Positions 1 through 11,079 of a stretch of DNA of 64,000 nucleotides are shown piece by piece. A program made the position numbers and the translations under genes. Every line of letters starts with the position of its first letter. The first letter of the stretch is position 1. The stretch is from Vulcanimicrobiota bacterium (GTDB lineage Bacteria > Vulcanimicrobiota > Vulcanimicrobiia > Vulcanimicrobiales > Vulcanimicrobiaceae). Location: NCBI GenBank assembly GCA_963820825.1, contig CAWGBN010000006.1, forward strand, positions 608,001 to 672,000, written 5' to 3'. The notes under the pieces are model-generated. The model was not told the DNA's origin, searched no databases, and saw only the letters and a list, made by a program, of their open reading frames with translations.

Positions 1-2825
1 CGGTTTGGGTCGGAACGGGTGAAACGAATCCGCGCAACGACGTGAGCTACGGAGACGGCGTCTACAAGAGCACCGACGGCGGCGACACTTGGGAGAACGT
101 CGGCCTCAAAGGGAGCCGGTACATCTCTCGAATTCTCGTCGACCCGCGCAACCATAACCACGTCGTCGTCGGCGCGCTCGGCGACGTCTTCGCCGACAGC
201 ACGGAACGCGGCGTCTACGTTACCGACGATGGCGGCAAGACCTGGAAGCAGACGCTCTCGGTTGGGCCGGAGAGCGGCGCCTCGGACCTGGCGATGAACG
301 CGCAGAACCCCAGCGTCATCTACGCCGGCATTTGGAAGTTCCAGCGCCGCCCGTGGACCTTCGTCAGCGGCGGCGATGAAGACGGTCTTTACCGCTCGAC
401 CGACGGCGGAGAGAGCTGGACGAAGCTGGAGGGTCACGGCCTGCCGGCGGCGCCGATGGGGCGTATCGGGCTTGCGGTCGCACCGAGTGACGGCAATCGC
501 GTCTACGCGTTGATCGAATCGAAGGAAGGCTTGCTCTGGCGTTCGGACGACGGCGGCGCGAACTGGTCGATGGTCAGCAAGGATACGCGGATCAACGCGC
601 GTCCGTTCTACTTCTCGCACGTCGAAGTCGATCCCAAAGACTCCAACAAGGTTTACGCGATCTCGTTCGAAGTGATGCTCAGTCACGACGGCGGTAAGAC
701 CTTCAAAGCGATCGCCGAGGACGTCCATTCGGATTTTCACTCGATCTGGATCGCATCGAACGACCCCGCTCGAATCATGCTTGGCGAGGACGGCGGTTAC
801 GTTCTGACGCTCGACGGCGGCGATAACTGGTTCTTCTCGGCAAACCTACCGATTGGGCAGATCTATCGCGTCGGACTTGGGAACGATAATCCGTACACCG
901 TCTGCGTCGGGTTGCAGGACAATAACGGCTGGTGCGGTCCCTCGAATTCCCTCGATCCTTCCGGAATTCAAAACAAGTATTGGATCGTAACGGTCGGCGG
1001 CGACGGCCAATGGGGAATTCCCGAACCGGACGATCCGAATTGGATTTGGTCGGATTCGCAGGACGGGTCGCTCATCGTCTCCAACCGCGTCACCAAAGAC
1101 GGCTGGTTTGCGGCACCCTACGTACAGACCTCAAAAGAATCGTGGCTGCCCGCCTCGAGCAAGTACCGCTTCAACTGGGAATCGCCGATCGCGTTCGCGC
1201 CGTGGCGCTCGACTGACGGCAAGGTCATCGGCTGGTATGGCGGCAACGTCGTCTTTCAGACGACCGACCGCGGCCGCTCCTGGACGCCGATCAGTCCCGA
1301 TCTGACGCGCAACGTCAAGGAACATCAGCAGACGGCCGGCGGTCCGATCACCAACGACGTTTCGGGTGCGGAGTACCACGACACGATCCTCGACATCGAG
1401 GGTTCGGCGCTTCGCAAGGGTGAGATCTGGGTCGGTACCGACGACGGCCTCGTCCAGCTCACCCGCGACGGCGGAAAGCATTGGACGAACGTAACGCCGC
1501 AGGGCGCTCCACAGTTCGGACGGTTCGCGACGGTCGCACCCTCGACGCTCGTCGCCGGAACCGCATACGCCACGTCAGACGCACACTATATGGGCGACAA
1601 CGCGCCGTACGTCTTCGTGACCCACGACTTCGGACGCACCTGGACGAAGATCGTCAACGCTCTTCCGGCAAACGAGTGGGCGCGCTCGATTCGTCCCGAC
1701 ATTCACAATCGCGAGCTCGTCTATCTCGGCACCGAAGAGGGTATCTGGATCTCCTTCGACGGCGGCACCACCTGGCAATCGTTCAAGAACGACCTGCCCT
1801 CGGTCTCGGTCCGCGACATTCGGATGCAGCCGCAGTACGACGATCTCGTCATCGCAACGCACGGCCGCTCGGCCTATATTATGGACGACATGTCTCCGGT
1901 CCAGCAGTTGGCGCAGGCCGTCGCGCGCGGGAGCTGGCTCTTTACGCCGCGCCAGGCGTACCAATGGTCGCTCCAAGAGAACGACGAGGGAACGTACACG
2001 AACTACGCCGCCGACAATCCGCCCAACGGCGTGACGATCACATTCTACCAAAACGCGAAGCAGAAGGACGCACCGGCGCTCGATATTCTCGACGCGCGCG
2101 GCCGCGTGATCCGCAGCGTTTCGGGAACGCATAAGGTCGGCGGTAAGGACCTTCCCTACATCTCCAACAAAGTCGGGCTGAACCGCTACACGTGGGACTT
2201 CAGCGTCAACGGTCCGGTGCGATGGAACGCCGGAAACGACTTCTCGAAGGGGCCCGAGAACGGCCCCGGCGTGGTGCCCGGCGATTACTCGGTGCGCATG
2301 ACGCTTGGCGGACACACCTACGTGCAGCACTTCAAAGTGCTGCCCGACCCGCGCTCGCACTTCACGCAGGCCGATTACCAGCGCATCTACGATAACGCGA
2401 TGCGCCAGATGGGTTACCTCTCGCAGGTCGATGCGATGCTCAACAGCCTCGACGATCTTCAAAAAGCGCTCGACACCGCGCTCGCATCGGCGAAACAGGC
2501 GAACAATGCGACGCTGACGAGCAAGCTCCAGGATGCTTCGACCGCGCGCCAGACGCTCTTCGATTCGCTTGCCGTGAACATTCGCGGCGAAGGAACCGAG
2601 GATGAAGGCCGGCTGCACGAGGATATGCTCGGCGCGTTCGGAACCGCGCAGGCGCCCGTCACGCCGGCGCTCACCGAATTCGTGACGCGCGTCCACGCCG
2701 AGTATCGCGACGGGATCGCTCGCTATAACGCGTTTGTGACCGGCGTGCTCCCGGGCGCGAACGCGGCCTTGCAGAAGGCTGGAATGAAGGCGCTTCCAAG
2801 CGTCAAAACCGTCAATGCGTTATGA
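1..2825 (+). CDS. VPS10/BNR-repeat (WD40/YVTN-like) glycosyl hydrolase family protein, 5'-truncated by the window edge
   Basis: The frame is open from base 3 (VWVGTGETNPRNDV...). It has many SxDGGxTW Asp-box repeats and a helical C-terminus. Confidence 0.85.
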   Translation, partial: VWVGTGETNPRNDVSYGDGVYKSTDGGDTWENVGLKGSRYISRILVDPRNHNHVVVGALGDVFADSTERGVYVTDDGGKTWKQTLSVGPESGASDLAMNAQNPSVIYAGIWKFQRRPWTFVSGGDEDGLYRSTDGGESWTKLEGHGLPAAPMGRIGLAVAPSDGNRVYALIESKEGLLWRSDDGGANWSMVSKDTRINARPFYFSHVEVDPKDSNKVYAISFEVMLSHDGGKTFKAIAEDVHSDFHSIWIASNDPARIMLGEDGGYVLTLDGGDNWFFSANLPIGQIYRVGLGNDNPYTVCVGLQDNNGWCGPSNSLDPSGIQNKYWIVTVGGDGQWGIPEPDDPNWIWSDSQDGSLIVSNRVTKDGWFAAPYVQTSKESWLPASSKYRFNWESPIAFAPWRSTDGKVIGWYGGNVVFQTTDRGRSWTPISPDLTRNVKEHQQTAGGPITNDVSGAEYHDTILDIEGSALRKGEIWVGTDDGLVQLTRDGGKHWTNVTPQGAPQFGRFATVAPSTLVAGTAYATSDAHYMGDNAPYVFVTHDFGRTWTKIVNALPANEWARSIRPDIHNRELVYLGTEEGIWISFDGGTTWQSFKNDLPSVSVRDIRMQPQYDDLVIATHGRSAYIMDDMSPVQQLAQAVARGSWLFTPRQAYQWSLQENDEGTYTNYAADNPPNGVTITFYQNAKQKDAPALDILDARGRVIRSVSGTHKVGGKDLPYISNKVGLNRYTWDFSVNGPVRWNAGNDFSKGPENGPGVVPGDYSVRMTLGGHTYVQHFKVLPDPRSHFTQADYQRIYDNAMRQMGYLSQVDAMLNSLDDLQKALDTALASAKQANNATLTSKLQDASTARQTLFDSLAVNIRGEGTEDEGRLHEDMLGAFGTAQAPVTPALTEFVTRVHAEYRDGIARYNAFVTGVLPGANAALQKAGMKALPSVKTVNAL

Positions 2826-5800
2826 TCTTCGCTTCGACGGTTCTGCTGGCGGCCGCGGCTTATGCTAACCTCTCATGGCGCTCGATCGGGCCGGCGGTCG
2901 CCGGCGGCCGCGTAGCGGCAGTTTCGGGAACGCCGCAGGACGATCAACTCTACTACCTCGGCACGGCGGGCGGAGGCGTCTGGCGATCGATCAACGGCGG
3001 CGCCACGTGGGAGCCGGTCTTCGAGAAACAATCGGTCGGCGCAATCGGCGCGGTTGCAATCGATCCGCGCGACGAGCGCGTCGTCTGGGCGGGAACCGGG
3101 GAAGCGAATCCGCGCAACGACGTCAGCTATGGAAACGGTCTCTATAAGACCAGCGACGGCGGCAAAGACTGGACGCGGGTCGGACTCGCCGGCGTCTGGA
3201 GCATCTCGCGCATCGCGATCGATCCGAACGACTCGCGTCACGTCGTCGTCGGCGCGTTCGGCGATCCGTTCAAAGATTCGGCCGATCGCGGCGTCTACGT
3301 AACCTTCGACGGCGGCCGGACGTGGAGTAAGTCACTCTACCTCGGCCCATCGAGCGGCGCGAGCGACCTCGCGATGAATCCGGCCGATCCCAACGTCGTC
3401 TACGCGGGCATGTGGCACTTTCGCCGCGTGCCATGGACCTTTACCAGCGGCGGCGCCGACGACGGCCTCTACAAATCGACCGATGGCGGCCGAACCTGGA
3501 AGCGGCTGACCGGAAACGGATTGCCGAGCGGTTACACCGGACGAATCGGATTGGCGATCGCGCCGAGCCGCCCCAATCGGGTCTTTGCCCTGATCGAGGC
3601 AAAGGGCGGCATTCTTTGGCGCTCCGACGACGCCGGCGCGCATTGGACGATGACCAGCAACGATACGCTGGTCGACCAGCGTCCGTTTTACTTTACTCAC
3701 ATCGCCGTCGACCCGAAGAATCCCAATAGAGTCTACGCCGTCTCGGAGATGCTCTCCGAGAGTAAAGACGGCGGCAAGAAGTTTACCGAGATCGCGAAGG
3801 GCGTTCACGTCGATTACCACGCGATTTGGATCGATCCCGCCAATCCCAAGCGCATCATCGTCGGTGAGGATGGCGGCTACGCGTTAACCAGCGATCTCGA
3901 GCACTGGTCGTTCTCTCGCAACCTGGCTATCGGACAGGTCTATCACGTCGGACTCTCCGACGAGAATCCATACCTCGTCTGCGCGCCGTTTCAAGATAAC
4001 GGCGGTTTCTGCGGACCCGAGAACTCGCTCGACGGCGAGGGGATTCTCGACCGTCACTGGACCGATGTGATCGGCGGCGACGGCATGTGGGCCGTCCCCG
4101 ACCCGATCGATCCGCGCTACGTCTGGTCTGATCTCGAAGACGGTGCGGTTACGATCTTCGACCGCAAGACCGAGGTCAGCCGGTTCATTCGCCCGTACGA
4201 TGCCTTCCCCGGAAGTTTTCTCGGCCCGTTCGATTTGAGCAGCGTGCCCTACCGCTTCAACTGGGATTCGCCGATCGCATTCGCTCCTTGGGAAGGACAC
4301 GTCGGGTGGTTTGGCGGGAACGTGCTCTTTCAAACGACCGATCGCGGCGAGACCTGGACGACGATCAGTCCCGATCTCACCCGAAACATCAAAGCGCACC
4401 AAGTTCCCTCGGGCGGTCCGCTCGCCAAAGACGTATCCGGAGCCGAGTACTCCGATACGCTCCTCTATATCGAAGGATCGGCGATCGATCGCGGTGAGAT
4501 CTGGGTCGGAACCGACGACGGTTACGTGCAGATGACGCGCGATGGCGGCGCACATTGGAGCAACGTGACGCCGCCCGGCACGCCCGAGTTCGCGCGCATC
4601 GAGACGACGGCGCCGTCGCCGCTCGTCGCCGGCACGGCCTACGCCATCGCCGACAACCACCGCATGGGCGATTACGCACCCTACGTTTTTGTGACGCACG
4701 ACTACGGTGCGACCTGGACGAAGATCGTCGAGGGGCTGCCGTCCGATCAATACGTGCGCACCGTTCGCCCCGACACGCGTAACCCGTACCTGCTCTATGC
4801 GGGGACCGAGAACGGCATGTGGGTCTCGTTCGACGCGGGCCGCCACTGGCAAGATTTTCGCATCAACCTGCCTGCCGTCTCCGTTCGCGACATTCGCATC
4901 CAGCCGCAGTTCGACGACCTGGTCATCGCGACGCACGGACGCGATGCGTGGATCCTCGACGATCTCGGCTCGATTCAGCAGCTCGGAAGCGCCGCGAGCG
5001 CCGGCAGCACGCTCTTTCCGCCGCGCGTCGCTTACGAGTATCACTATCACTCCAACGATCTCGGAATCTACACGCGCTTTGCCGGCGAGAATCCGCCGAA
5101 GGGCGCGATTCTCGATTTCTATCAGAGCGCGCCGCAGAAGAGCGCGCCGAGCTTAGAGGTTCTCGACGCTTCGGGCCGGGTGATTCGGACCGTCAAGGGC
5201 ACGCACAAAGTAAAGGGCAAAGAGGAACCGTACGTTCCGAATAAGGCGGGCATCAATCGCTACGTCTGGGATTTCACCGAGGATCCGCCGGCGAAATGGT
5301 TGGGTGCGGCCCGCGAGGAGTACCAAGGCCCGAAGACCGGACCGGCCGTCGTTCCCGGAACCTATACCGTACGGCTGGTGCTCGGCGGCCAATCGCTGCA
5401 ACAATCGGTCGTCGTCAAACCCGATCCGCGCGACGATTGGACGCCCGCGCAGTATCAAGCCGGCTTCGAGTACGCGCAGAAGTACTCGGCGATCTACGGC
5501 AAGATTGACGTAGCGCTCAACAACCTCGACTCGATCAAGAAGGGTCTGGAGAGCGCGTCGGGTGTGGCAAAGAGCGACCCGGCGCTCGCGCAGCAGATCG
5601 CCGACGCGCGGCAGCGCCGCGAGCCGGTCTTCTCCGCCTTTACCGCCGATTACAAGAACGACGAAGACTCGATTCAACGTGGAGGCTCGCTGCGCGAGTC
5701 CGTGCCGCGGACCGGCTTTGGCGGGCCGCAGCTTCCGCCGACTGCCGCCCAACTCGACTACGCGAAACGCTTCGACGCCGCGTACGCTGCCGCGATCGGC

Positions 5801-5899
5801 GGCTACAACGCGTACGTCGCTTCGCTCGCCCCGTTGCAGGCCGCGCTCAAGAAGGCCGGCATGAAGCCGCTCGACGGAGTGACGCCGCTAACGCCGTAA
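2822..5899 (+). CDS. VPS10/BNR-repeat glycosyl hydrolase family protein (tandem paralog)
   Basis: Signal peptide, WRSIGP..GGRV start motif, Asp-box repeats and an ATHGR motif. ATGA overlap with the upstream gene. Confidence 0.85.
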   Translation: MIFASTVLLAAAAYANLSWRSIGPAVAGGRVAAVSGTPQDDQLYYLGTAGGGVWRSINGGATWEPVFEKQSVGAIGAVAIDPRDERVVWAGTGEANPRNDVSYGNGLYKTSDGGKDWTRVGLAGVWSISRIAIDPNDSRHVVVGAFGDPFKDSADRGVYVTFDGGRTWSKSLYLGPSSGASDLAMNPADPNVVYAGMWHFRRVPWTFTSGGADDGLYKSTDGGRTWKRLTGNGLPSGYTGRIGLAIAPSRPNRVFALIEAKGGILWRSDDAGAHWTMTSNDTLVDQRPFYFTHIAVDPKNPNRVYAVSEMLSESKDGGKKFTEIAKGVHVDYHAIWIDPANPKRIIVGEDGGYALTSDLEHWSFSRNLAIGQVYHVGLSDENPYLVCAPFQDNGGFCGPENSLDGEGILDRHWTDVIGGDGMWAVPDPIDPRYVWSDLEDGAVTIFDRKTEVSRFIRPYDAFPGSFLGPFDLSSVPYRFNWDSPIAFAPWEGHVGWFGGNVLFQTTDRGETWTTISPDLTRNIKAHQVPSGGPLAKDVSGAEYSDTLLYIEGSAIDRGEIWVGTDDGYVQMTRDGGAHWSNVTPPGTPEFARIETTAPSPLVAGTAYAIADNHRMGDYAPYVFVTHDYGATWTKIVEGLPSDQYVRTVRPDTRNPYLLYAGTENGMWVSFDAGRHWQDFRINLPAVSVRDIRIQPQFDDLVIATHGRDAWILDDLGSIQQLGSAASAGSTLFPPRVAYEYHYHSNDLGIYTRFAGENPPKGAILDFYQSAPQKSAPSLEVLDASGRVIRTVKGTHKVKGKEEPYVPNKAGINRYVWDFTEDPPAKWLGAAREEYQGPKTGPAVVPGTYTVRLVLGGQSLQQSVVVKPDPRDDWTPAQYQAGFEYAQKYSAIYGKIDVALNNLDSIKKGLESASGVAKSDPALAQQIADARQRREPVFSAFTADYKNDEDSIQRGGSLRESVPRTGFGGPQLPPTAAQLDYAKRFDAAYAAAIGGYNAYVASLAPLQAALKKAGMKPLDGVTPLTP

Positions 5900-5908
5900 C
5901 CCGCAGGG

Positions 5909-7297
5909 CTACTCGTAATCCGGCGCGGTGTAGTCGTTGGGGAAAGGATGCATGAAAAACTTGGGCGGATGCGGCGCCGCGATCGGCACGAACGGACGCG
6001 GCTGCTGCGCGAAGTCGAAGCAGTCGACGGCCGGCGAGGCCGCGCGCTTGTCGGCTTTGGCGAGCTGCGGAAGGCCCCAAAGATCTTCGGCAAACCGGAG
6101 CACGCTCGCCGTTTCGTACTGAACGTGTGAGACGTAATCGGGCTTGGCATATGCCGAGAGCACGATCAGCGGAACTCGGAAACCGAGGCCGTCGCGGTCG
6201 AGGTACGGCGGCGGAACGTGATCGTAGAGACCACCCCAATCATCCCATTGAATGAAGATCGCCGTCGAGTCCCAGAACTTGCTCTTGCCCACGGTGTTCA
6301 CGAGCGCTGCGACCCACGACGGTCCGTATCCGCCGGGGCAGTTGACGTGATCGGAGTCGTCGCAGACCGGCGTGATCCACGTGAAGTTCGCGAGCTTACC
6401 GGCACGTACGTCTTTGATGAACTTCCAGTTCGGCGAGATGACGTCTTTGGCCCAATCGGGGCCGTCGCGAATGTGCTTGACGGCTTGGTACCCCGACCAT
6501 TCTGCACCCGCGTCGCTCGACGGACTGCCGTAGGTTGCCGCGTAGAAGCGCCACGAAAGTTTGGCATGGTCGAGGTCGTCGCCCAGCGTTTGATAATCGT
6601 AGCAGGGCTTGATCTCCGGTCCGTAAGGGCTGCGCGTCTCCGTGATCGTCGCGACCTTGTCGTAACTGCCGCCGCCGCAGCCCCAGGTGCCACCCGGCAG
6701 ATCGACGCTCCAATCCGCCTGCGCGGCGATGACGTACTGGTGCGCGACGAAGCTCTCGTCGAGCTGCGACTGAAACATCCGGTCGGCTAAGACCCCTTCG
6801 TGCGCCATGTCGAAGTACGGCTTCGATTCGTTGTGGGGCACGTAGACGTACTCGGGATTTTGTGGACCGCCGCCCGATGCTTCCTGATCGAAGCCGTCCA
6901 TGCGGCAATCGGTACCGGGCAGCTTTCCGGTTCCGCGGCAGGCGGCAAACATCGCCTCGGCCGAGTGGTCGATAACGTACCACGCGGAGAGACTCTCGGG
7001 TTTCAGTTTGATCGTCTCGCCTTTTGAGTTCTTGCCGCTCGAATGCGTGTCCGCATGCGGATAACCCTGAAAGAGATTGTCGAAGCTGCGGTTCTCCTGA
7101 ACGATATAGACGATGTGCCTGATCTTTCCCGCACCCGTGCCGCTGAGCGCGTGCAACACCGATGCACTCTGCATGTATGGCACGACACCAGTCTCACCCT
7201 GATTCTGTCGAAGGGGCGAGCCGAGCGAGCACCCGGCGAGAGCGAGCGACAGAATTGCTATAAACGGCAGAGTCGAGAAGCGCTTCATGAAGCGCAC
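5909..7297 (-). CDS. Phospholipase C / phosphoesterase family lipoprotein
   Basis: LAGC lipobox; HIVYIVQENRSFDNLF, WDDWGGLYDHV and GFRVPLIV motifs. Confidence 0.9.
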   Translation of the reverse strand: MRFMKRFSTLPFIAILSLALAGCSLGSPLRQNQGETGVVPYMQSASVLHALSGTGAGKIRHIVYIVQENRSFDNLFQGYPHADTHSSGKNSKGETIKLKPESLSAWYVIDHSAEAMFAACRGTGKLPGTDCRMDGFDQEASGGGPQNPEYVYVPHNESKPYFDMAHEGVLADRMFQSQLDESFVAHQYVIAAQADWSVDLPGGTWGCGGGSYDKVATITETRSPYGPEIKPCYDYQTLGDDLDHAKLSWRFYAATYGSPSSDAGAEWSGYQAVKHIRDGPDWAKDVISPNWKFIKDVRAGKLANFTWITPVCDDSDHVNCPGGYGPSWVAALVNTVGKSKFWDSTAIFIQWDDWGGLYDHVPPPYLDRDGLGFRVPLIVLSAYAKPDYVSHVQYETASVLRFAEDLWGLPQLAKADKRAASPAVDCFDFAQQPRPFVPIAAPHPPKFFMHPFPNDYTAPDYE

Positions 7298-7334
7298 TAT
7301 GCCGCGCGCGCGGGGGCTTCCTTCCGCACGTTGA

Positions 7335-8171
7335 CTAGCTGAAAAGCCGCTTCAGAAAGGCGTCGTGGCGATAAGACGAGCTCTTGCCGAAGTGCACGGC
7401 CGCCAAGCCGAGCGAGGGCACGAGATAGAGTGCTTGTCCTGCAGAGCCGCTCGCATAGACGAGATCGCGCGGGGCCCACGGGGCACCGAGCCACCACGCC
7501 AGTCCGTAGCGGGCGTTGACCGCCGAGCCTTCGAAGCAGGGCGCCAGTTCGCGCCGATGCGCCAGAACGAAGCGTCCGTATGCCAGCCAGTCGCTGGGGC
7601 AGAGCGACGCGCCCGTCGGCAGGGGATTCGTTCCGTCGCTCAAGGTGCGCCAGGCCGCGATCCGCACGCCGGCGCCATCGAGAACGCGGTCGCGCACGTA
7701 CGCGTGCGGCGTCTCATTCCGATTCTCGAGTTTGCGCGCGAGAACCGCGCCGAAGACCTGCAAGGGAATGCCGCCGTAAACGAATCGCGTTCCGGGCTCG
7801 TCGCGCAACGGCATCGCCAGCGCGCGGTCGTACGTCGGGACGCTCGCGCCCAAGCCGCCGAAGGCGAAGCCCGCCGTCAACGAGAGCAGCATCCGAATTG
7901 TGACGCGCCGCTTCCACGGGTCGTCCTGCCACGATGCGATCGTCTCGGCGACGGTTTCGTCGAGCGCGAGCAGCCCGTCGGCGCTCGCGTAGAGCGCCGC
8001 CACGCCCCAAAAGCTCTTCGTCCCGCTGTAGAGCGGGTGCGGCGTCTCCGGCCCGAAGCCGGGTCCGAACTCTTGGCGCACGAGCTCGCCGCCGCGAGCG
8101 ATCGCGAGCGCGTGCAGGCCGTGACGACGCGCGTACTCGAGCGCGGCCTCCACGTTGAGTGCATGCTCCAT
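7335..8171 (-). CDS. Serine hydrolase, beta-lactamase family (start uncertain)
   Basis: SGTK (SxxK), LLSLTAG, PGTRFVY and ASGSAGQ motifs. Confidence 0.8.
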   Translation of the reverse strand: MEHALNVEAALEYARRHGLHALAIARGGELVRQEFGPGFGPETPHPLYSGTKSFWGVAALYASADGLLALDETVAETIASWQDDPWKRRVTIRMLLSLTAGFAFGGLGASVPTYDRALAMPLRDEPGTRFVYGGIPLQVFGAVLARKLENRNETPHAYVRDRVLDGAGVRIAAWRTLSDGTNPLPTGASLCPSDWLAYGRFVLAHRRELAPCFEGSAVNARYGLAWWLGAPWAPRDLVYASGSAGQALYLVPSLGLAAVHFGKSSSYRHDAFLKRLFS

Positions 8172-8209
8172 TGGAGGAGCGTTCGCTTGCGGCTCGCAAA
8201 AGCGCCTTC

Positions 8210-9532
8210 ATGCGGGCGTACGTTTTGTTGGTGGCGTCGGTCGCCGCGCTCGGAGGCTTGCTCTTCGGCTACGATACGGGCGTCATCTCCGGCGCGATCC
8301 TGTTCATCACCAGGGATTTCGATCTCGCGACGCGCCTCCAGGCGTTCACCATCAGCGTCGTTCTCATCGGTTGCATGGCGGGCGCGGCCGTCGCGGGCGG
8401 CGTGGCCGATCGCATCGGTCGCCGGAGCACCCTGCTCGTTGCGGGGCTGATCTTCTTTGCCGGCGCAATCGTCTCGGCGCTGACCCCCAACGAGACGGTA
8501 CTGCTCGCCGGCCGTTTCGTCGTCGGCATCGGCATCGGATTCAGCTCGGTCGTCGCGCCGCTCTACATTTCGGAAGTCGCGCCGGCGTCATCGCGCGGTG
8601 CGCTCGTCTCGCTCTACCAGTTCGCGATTACCGTCGGCATCTTGGCCGCCTACGTCATCGACTTTGCGCTCGCCTCCGGCGGTCAGTGGCGTTGGATGCT
8701 CGGCCTCGCGGTCGTGCCGTCGCTCGTGCTGATCGGCGGAATGCTGGTGATGCCGGAGAGTCCGCGCTATCTTTTCAAGATCGCGCTGGGCGATCGTGCG
8801 CGCGCCGAACTGCAGCGGATCTACGACAATCCGGGCGAGAGCGCCCGCGAAGAGCAATCGATCGTCGAGAGTCTGCGAACGAAGAGCGCGGGCCTCGAAG
8901 CATTTCGGCAGCCGGCGGTGCGGCTCGCACTCTTCATCGGCATCTCGCTCGCGGTTTTGCAGCAGATCACCGGCATCAATACGGTGATCTACTACGGCCC
9001 GCAGATCTTTCAAATGGCGGGAATCGCCTCGGCCTCGGCCTCGATTCTGGCCCAATCGCTCGTCGGCACGGTCAACTGCGTCATGACGCTCGTCGCGATC
9101 TTCTTCGTCGATCGCATCGGCCGCAAGCCGCTCCTCTATATCGGTCTTGCCGGCATGTTCGTCGCGCTCGCGACGCTGGCGATCTCCTTTGCGCGTCCAA
9201 CGCTCGCCGGATCTCAAGGAACGATTGCGCTGGTGAGCATGATGGTTTACGTCGGCTGCTTTGCGTTTAGTCTCGGCCCGATCGTCTGGCTCCTGATCTC
9301 GGAGATCTTTCCGCTTCCGGTGCGCGGTCTAGGCATGTCGCTCTCGACGCTGGCAAACTGGGTTGGAAACTTTCTCGTCTCGCAGTTCTTTCTCACGATG
9401 ATCGCTCGTTTGGGGCGGCCGGTCACCTTTTGGATCTACGCGCTGCTCTGCATCGTCACCATACTCTTCGTCCGCTCGATGGTTCCCGAGACGAAGCAGG
9501 AGCTGCTCGAAGACATACACGTCACTGCGTGA
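8210..9532 (+). CDS. Sugar porter family MFS transporter
   Basis: GGLLFGYDTGVISGA, DRIGRR, PESPR, QQITGIN and PETK motifs. ATG at 8210 chosen as start. Confidence 0.93.
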   Translation: MRAYVLLVASVAALGGLLFGYDTGVISGAILFITRDFDLATRLQAFTISVVLIGCMAGAAVAGGVADRIGRRSTLLVAGLIFFAGAIVSALTPNETVLLAGRFVVGIGIGFSSVVAPLYISEVAPASSRGALVSLYQFAITVGILAAYVIDFALASGGQWRWMLGLAVVPSLVLIGGMLVMPESPRYLFKIALGDRARAELQRIYDNPGESAREEQSIVESLRTKSAGLEAFRQPAVRLALFIGISLAVLQQITGINTVIYYGPQIFQMAGIASASASILAQSLVGTVNCVMTLVAIFFVDRIGRKPLLYIGLAGMFVALATLAISFARPTLAGSQGTIALVSMMVYVGCFAFSLGPIVWLLISEIFPLPVRGLGMSLSTLANWVGNFLVSQFFLTMIARLGRPVTFWIYALLCIVTILFVRSMVPETKQELLEDIHVTA

Positions 9533-11079
9533 CGCCGCAACTTAGCCTCGTCATTCCTGTCTTCAATAACTGGTGGCTGACGCAGCGGTGCCTGCGCGAG
9601 CTCGACGGCCTGCGCGGCGCGGGTTCCGTCGCATTCGAGACGATCGTCGTCGACAACGGATCGAGCGACGAAACGCCGCAAGCGATCGCGGATTTTCCCT
9701 GGGTGCGATACCTGCGGCACGAGACCAACCGCAACTTCGCCGGCGCCTGCAACGCCGGGGCGCGCCTCGCGGAGGCACCGCTGACGCTCTTGCTCAACAA
9801 CGACGCCTATCCGCTCGGCGATGCCTTTACGCCGCTCGTCCGCGCCTTCGAACGTGACGAAGTCGCGATCGCGGGCGGCGCGCTCTTCTTTGAAGACGGC
9901 GTTACCCAAGCCGCAGGTCTCGTCGTTCTGAGCAACGCGCACTGGCATTATTATTGCCGCAATCTACCCGGCGAGCTCGAAACGGTCGGCGATTCGCGCG
10001 ATGCGCTCGGTGTCTCCGGTGCCGCGATGGCCTTTCGCACCGCGTGGTTTCTCGAAAATGGTGCCTTCGACGAGTCGTTCGTCAACGGATTCGAGGACGT
10101 CGATCTCTGCCTGCGCGCGCGAGAGCGCGGAGGCGTCATCGCATACGTTGCCGGCGCGCGCTTTGCGCATTACGAAGCGGCTTCGGCGGGCCGTTTCGAT
10201 CGCGAGGCCGAGAACGAACGGCGCTTCTTCGCGCGTTGGTCGGGTGCGATGGCGTCCTTGCCGCGCACCGCGCGCGGCAGCGTGGGTGCGATCGCCGTTA
10301 GCGCCGCTCGCGATGAATCGCCGCTCCTTGCCGCAGCGCGTGCCGAGCTCGAAGCGGCGCTGCGATCGTTCGGGCATCCGCTCGTGCATCGGGCCGTTGC
10401 GCCATGGCAACGCCTCGACCGCCGGTTTCGGGAGGCCGCGTCGCTCGCGTGGTTCGCCGACGAAGCCGAATCGCCGGGCATCGTGATCGAGCGCGGTGCG
10501 AGCGCAATGACGTCGATTCGAACGCGCGGCGCCGTCGAGCTTGCGGTGGCGTGGCTGCCCTGCGCGTCGCCGCAGCGTCTCGAGCAGCTCGTCGTCCGCG
10601 GCTCGGACGACGCTTCGTGCACGCTCGTCGGAGTCGCCGGCGACGAACGCGGTGAGGCGGCCGCGTTGATTGCATCGCTCGGATATCGTCCGATCGCTCT
10701 CACCGCTGAACGGCTGCTCGGTCGCGAGCACGCCGAGCTCGCGTGCGTCGTGCACGCCGGTCTCACCGACGACGCATCGTTTGGGAACGTCTTGCTCGCG
10801 CAAGCGGGCCTGCCCGCCGTGGTGCTTGCCACGGGTGAGCTGCGACGGCTCTTCGCTCCCGACGTCGCGATCGTTTGCGAACGAGATGCGCTCGGCGATT
10901 CGATTGCGCGGATGGTTAGCGATACCGCGCTACGCCGTCGCTACGGCAGCCTCGTCGCCGCCGACTCGCGTCGGCGGTTCTCGCCGCGCCGCAGCGCGAT
11001 TCGCGTCGTCGATCTGCTGTGCGCCGCGCGCTTCGGGCTCGAGCGTCCCGGCGCCGTGCGCAGCAACACGCCGCTTTAG
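9529..11079 (+). CDS. Glycosyltransferase family 2 with degenerate C-terminal GT-like domain
   Basis: SLVIPVFN, VVDNGSSD, LLNND and FEDVDLC motifs. GTG start overlaps the upstream TGA. Confidence 0.85.
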   Translation: MTPQLSLVIPVFNNWWLTQRCLRELDGLRGAGSVAFETIVVDNGSSDETPQAIADFPWVRYLRHETNRNFAGACNAGARLAEAPLTLLLNNDAYPLGDAFTPLVRAFERDEVAIAGGALFFEDGVTQAAGLVVLSNAHWHYYCRNLPGELETVGDSRDALGVSGAAMAFRTAWFLENGAFDESFVNGFEDVDLCLRARERGGVIAYVAGARFAHYEAASAGRFDREAENERRFFARWSGAMASLPRTARGSVGAIAVSAARDESPLLAAARAELEAALRSFGHPLVHRAVAPWQRLDRRFREAASLAWFADEAESPGIVIERGASAMTSIRTRGAVELAVAWLPCASPQRLEQLVVRGSDDASCTLVGVAGDERGEAAALIASLGYRPIALTAERLLGREHAELACVVHAGLTDDASFGNVLLAQAGLPAVVLATGELRRLFAPDVAIVCERDALGDSIARMVSDTALRRRYGSLVAADSRRRFSPRRSAIRVVDLLCAARFGLERPGAVRSNTPL

